From positions 1 to 34,806 of the IMG/VR virus record IMGVR_UViG_3300038314_001003: a stretch of DNA of 34,806 nt; one strand, given 5' to 3'. Every line of letters begins with the position of its first letter. The stretch's first letter is position 1. The DNA comes from a virus (Duplodnaviria; Caudoviricetes). Positions 33,623-34,806 of this stretch are shown here, in pieces. A program made the position numbers and the translations under genes. The notes below the pieces were generated by a model, which saw only the letters and a list, made by a program, of their open reading frames with translations, was not told where the DNA came from and did not search any database.

Positions 33623-34804
33623 TTAAATTTCACACGCGCCTGCGACGCATGCGTACTCCTGGCTACCTGTAGTATCATCAACCTGTTCTATCAGGTCATC
33701 CCAGGTAAGCTCTATTTTACCATATTTTTTGTTCCATTTCTGAAATGTTGTTTTAGATATATCCTCGTATGGCGCTGCTTGATACACGTGACCCTCATCA
33801 GCACTAGGTAAGAAGCTGATTCCATTGACTATATCGAAGTTCTCCCATATCCAAGCACCTACAGATGGCCACTCTGTCTCCTTAACATAACAAGTCATAC
33901 TGGGTTTATGCTCGCAATAATGTAATGCGAACTTCTTCCATAGTGCTAACTGTTCCATAGCAGATACATCGTGACGCGTTATGGAGCTTGTAGCTTTCAT
34001 AGGAAACTCAAATACCCACGCATCTTTGTTGTAAGGATCTTCTATGTATTGGATCCCGCTGCAGACAAGCTTTTGAGATAGCGGATCTTTCTTATCATTG
34101 CGTACACGACGGATGTAATATCGAGCGTGACGAGGATGAATCCCACTGCTGCTATCCACCAGCTGACTAACAGTCCCGCTAGGCTTGACACAAGTAACAG
34201 AGGCAGATGGGTTGATACCAATTTCCTTTGCAAAAATTTCATTCGTTTTGACTGCATGATCGCGTAATTCCTCTAATTGTTTTGGCGATGCTTTCAGCAG
34301 AGCCGGACAATCAAAGATACCTGTTATACTCACACCTAACAGGGCTTCCTCTTCACAGTTCTTCTTCCACTGGGCACCTAGATAACGAAAATCCGTGAGG
34401 CTTGCCTGCACGGTACCTAACATGGTCGCAGCTTCTATTTTTGTTAGAAGTGTTTCCATGGTGTCATTATATCTAGCTACTACCTCGGATAGATTGCAAA
34501 ACTGCTTAGAACGAAGTACTATTTCCGAACATGGATTTGTACCAAATTCCCACTCTTTGTCTCTCCTCTCTGGAGCCATAGCTTGACAGGCTCGTCTATT
34601 AAAAATACCCCGTTCACCTGATCGTGACTCGTAGATGGCTGACCACTCTCGCATGAACGCTCCTACATCAGGACGTTCCGTGTAACATATAGAGTTGTTA
34701 GCCAATGCTCTCTGTGGGTTTTCCATAAACCAGTTACCCATCTTAGCATTGCGCATCCTTTCGTCTGAATGATTACTTAATGATATCTCAGCGGTACGTC
34801 TTAC
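33623..34804 (-). CDS. nrdJ: Class II (adenosylcobalamin-dependent) ribonucleotide reductase, 5' part outside the window
   Basis: TNPCSEI active site, CNLSEV, TCVKPSGTVSQL, C-terminal ACVAGACEI; frame stays open to the edge (VRRTAEISLS). Confidence 0.92.
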   Translation of the reverse strand, partial: VRRTAEISLSNHSDERMRNAKMGNWFMENPQRALANNSICYTERPDVGAFMREWSAIYESRSGERGIFNRRACQAMAPERRDKEWEFGTNPCSEIVLRSKQFCNLSEVVARYNDTMETLLTKIEAATMLGTVQASLTDFRYLGAQWKKNCEEEALLGVSITGIFDCPALLKASPKQLEELRDHAVKTNEIFAKEIGINPSASVTCVKPSGTVSQLVDSSSGIHPRHARYYIRRVRNDKKDPLSQKLVCSGIQYIEDPYNKDAWVFEFPMKATSSITRHDVSAMEQLALWKKFALHYCEHKPSMTCYVKETEWPSVGAWIWENFDIVNGISFLPSADEGHVYQAAPYEDISKTTFQKWNKKYGKIELTWDDLIEQVDDTTGSQEYACVAGACEI

Positions 34805-34806
34805 CC

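Overview
The window is a ~35 kb piece of a tailed dsDNA phage genome, podovirus-like (no tape measure or tail tube gene recognised) and probably marine. Layout: (1) 1-2520 is a leftward cluster of small genes with a tRNA-Asp(GUC), two paralogous AbrB/SymE-like genes, three aligned promoter-like motifs and two terminators. (2) About 1570-2735 is a repeat-rich divergent control region, possibly the genome end. (3) 2736-33018 is one long rightward morphogenesis operon: TerS, small accessory genes, TerL, portal, scaffold, major capsid, adaptor, tail fibre, an array of three adhesin-like/chaperone-like gene pairs, membrane/lysis-like genes, Gly-rich disordered proteins, tail stabilisation protein, ejection-type proteins and a 2531-aa protein. 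(4) 33081-34806 is the convergent end of a leftward unit with a class II ribonucleotide reductase. The most striking signal is the giant protein: an HExxH metallopeptidase-like domain followed by modules separated by four TR(Y/F)AK(R/G) motifs, one module opening with a twin-arginine-like sequence. Also notable is a 700-bp direct-repeat-bounded cassette carrying a duplicated early gene. All calls come from reading motifs by eye; no searches were run.
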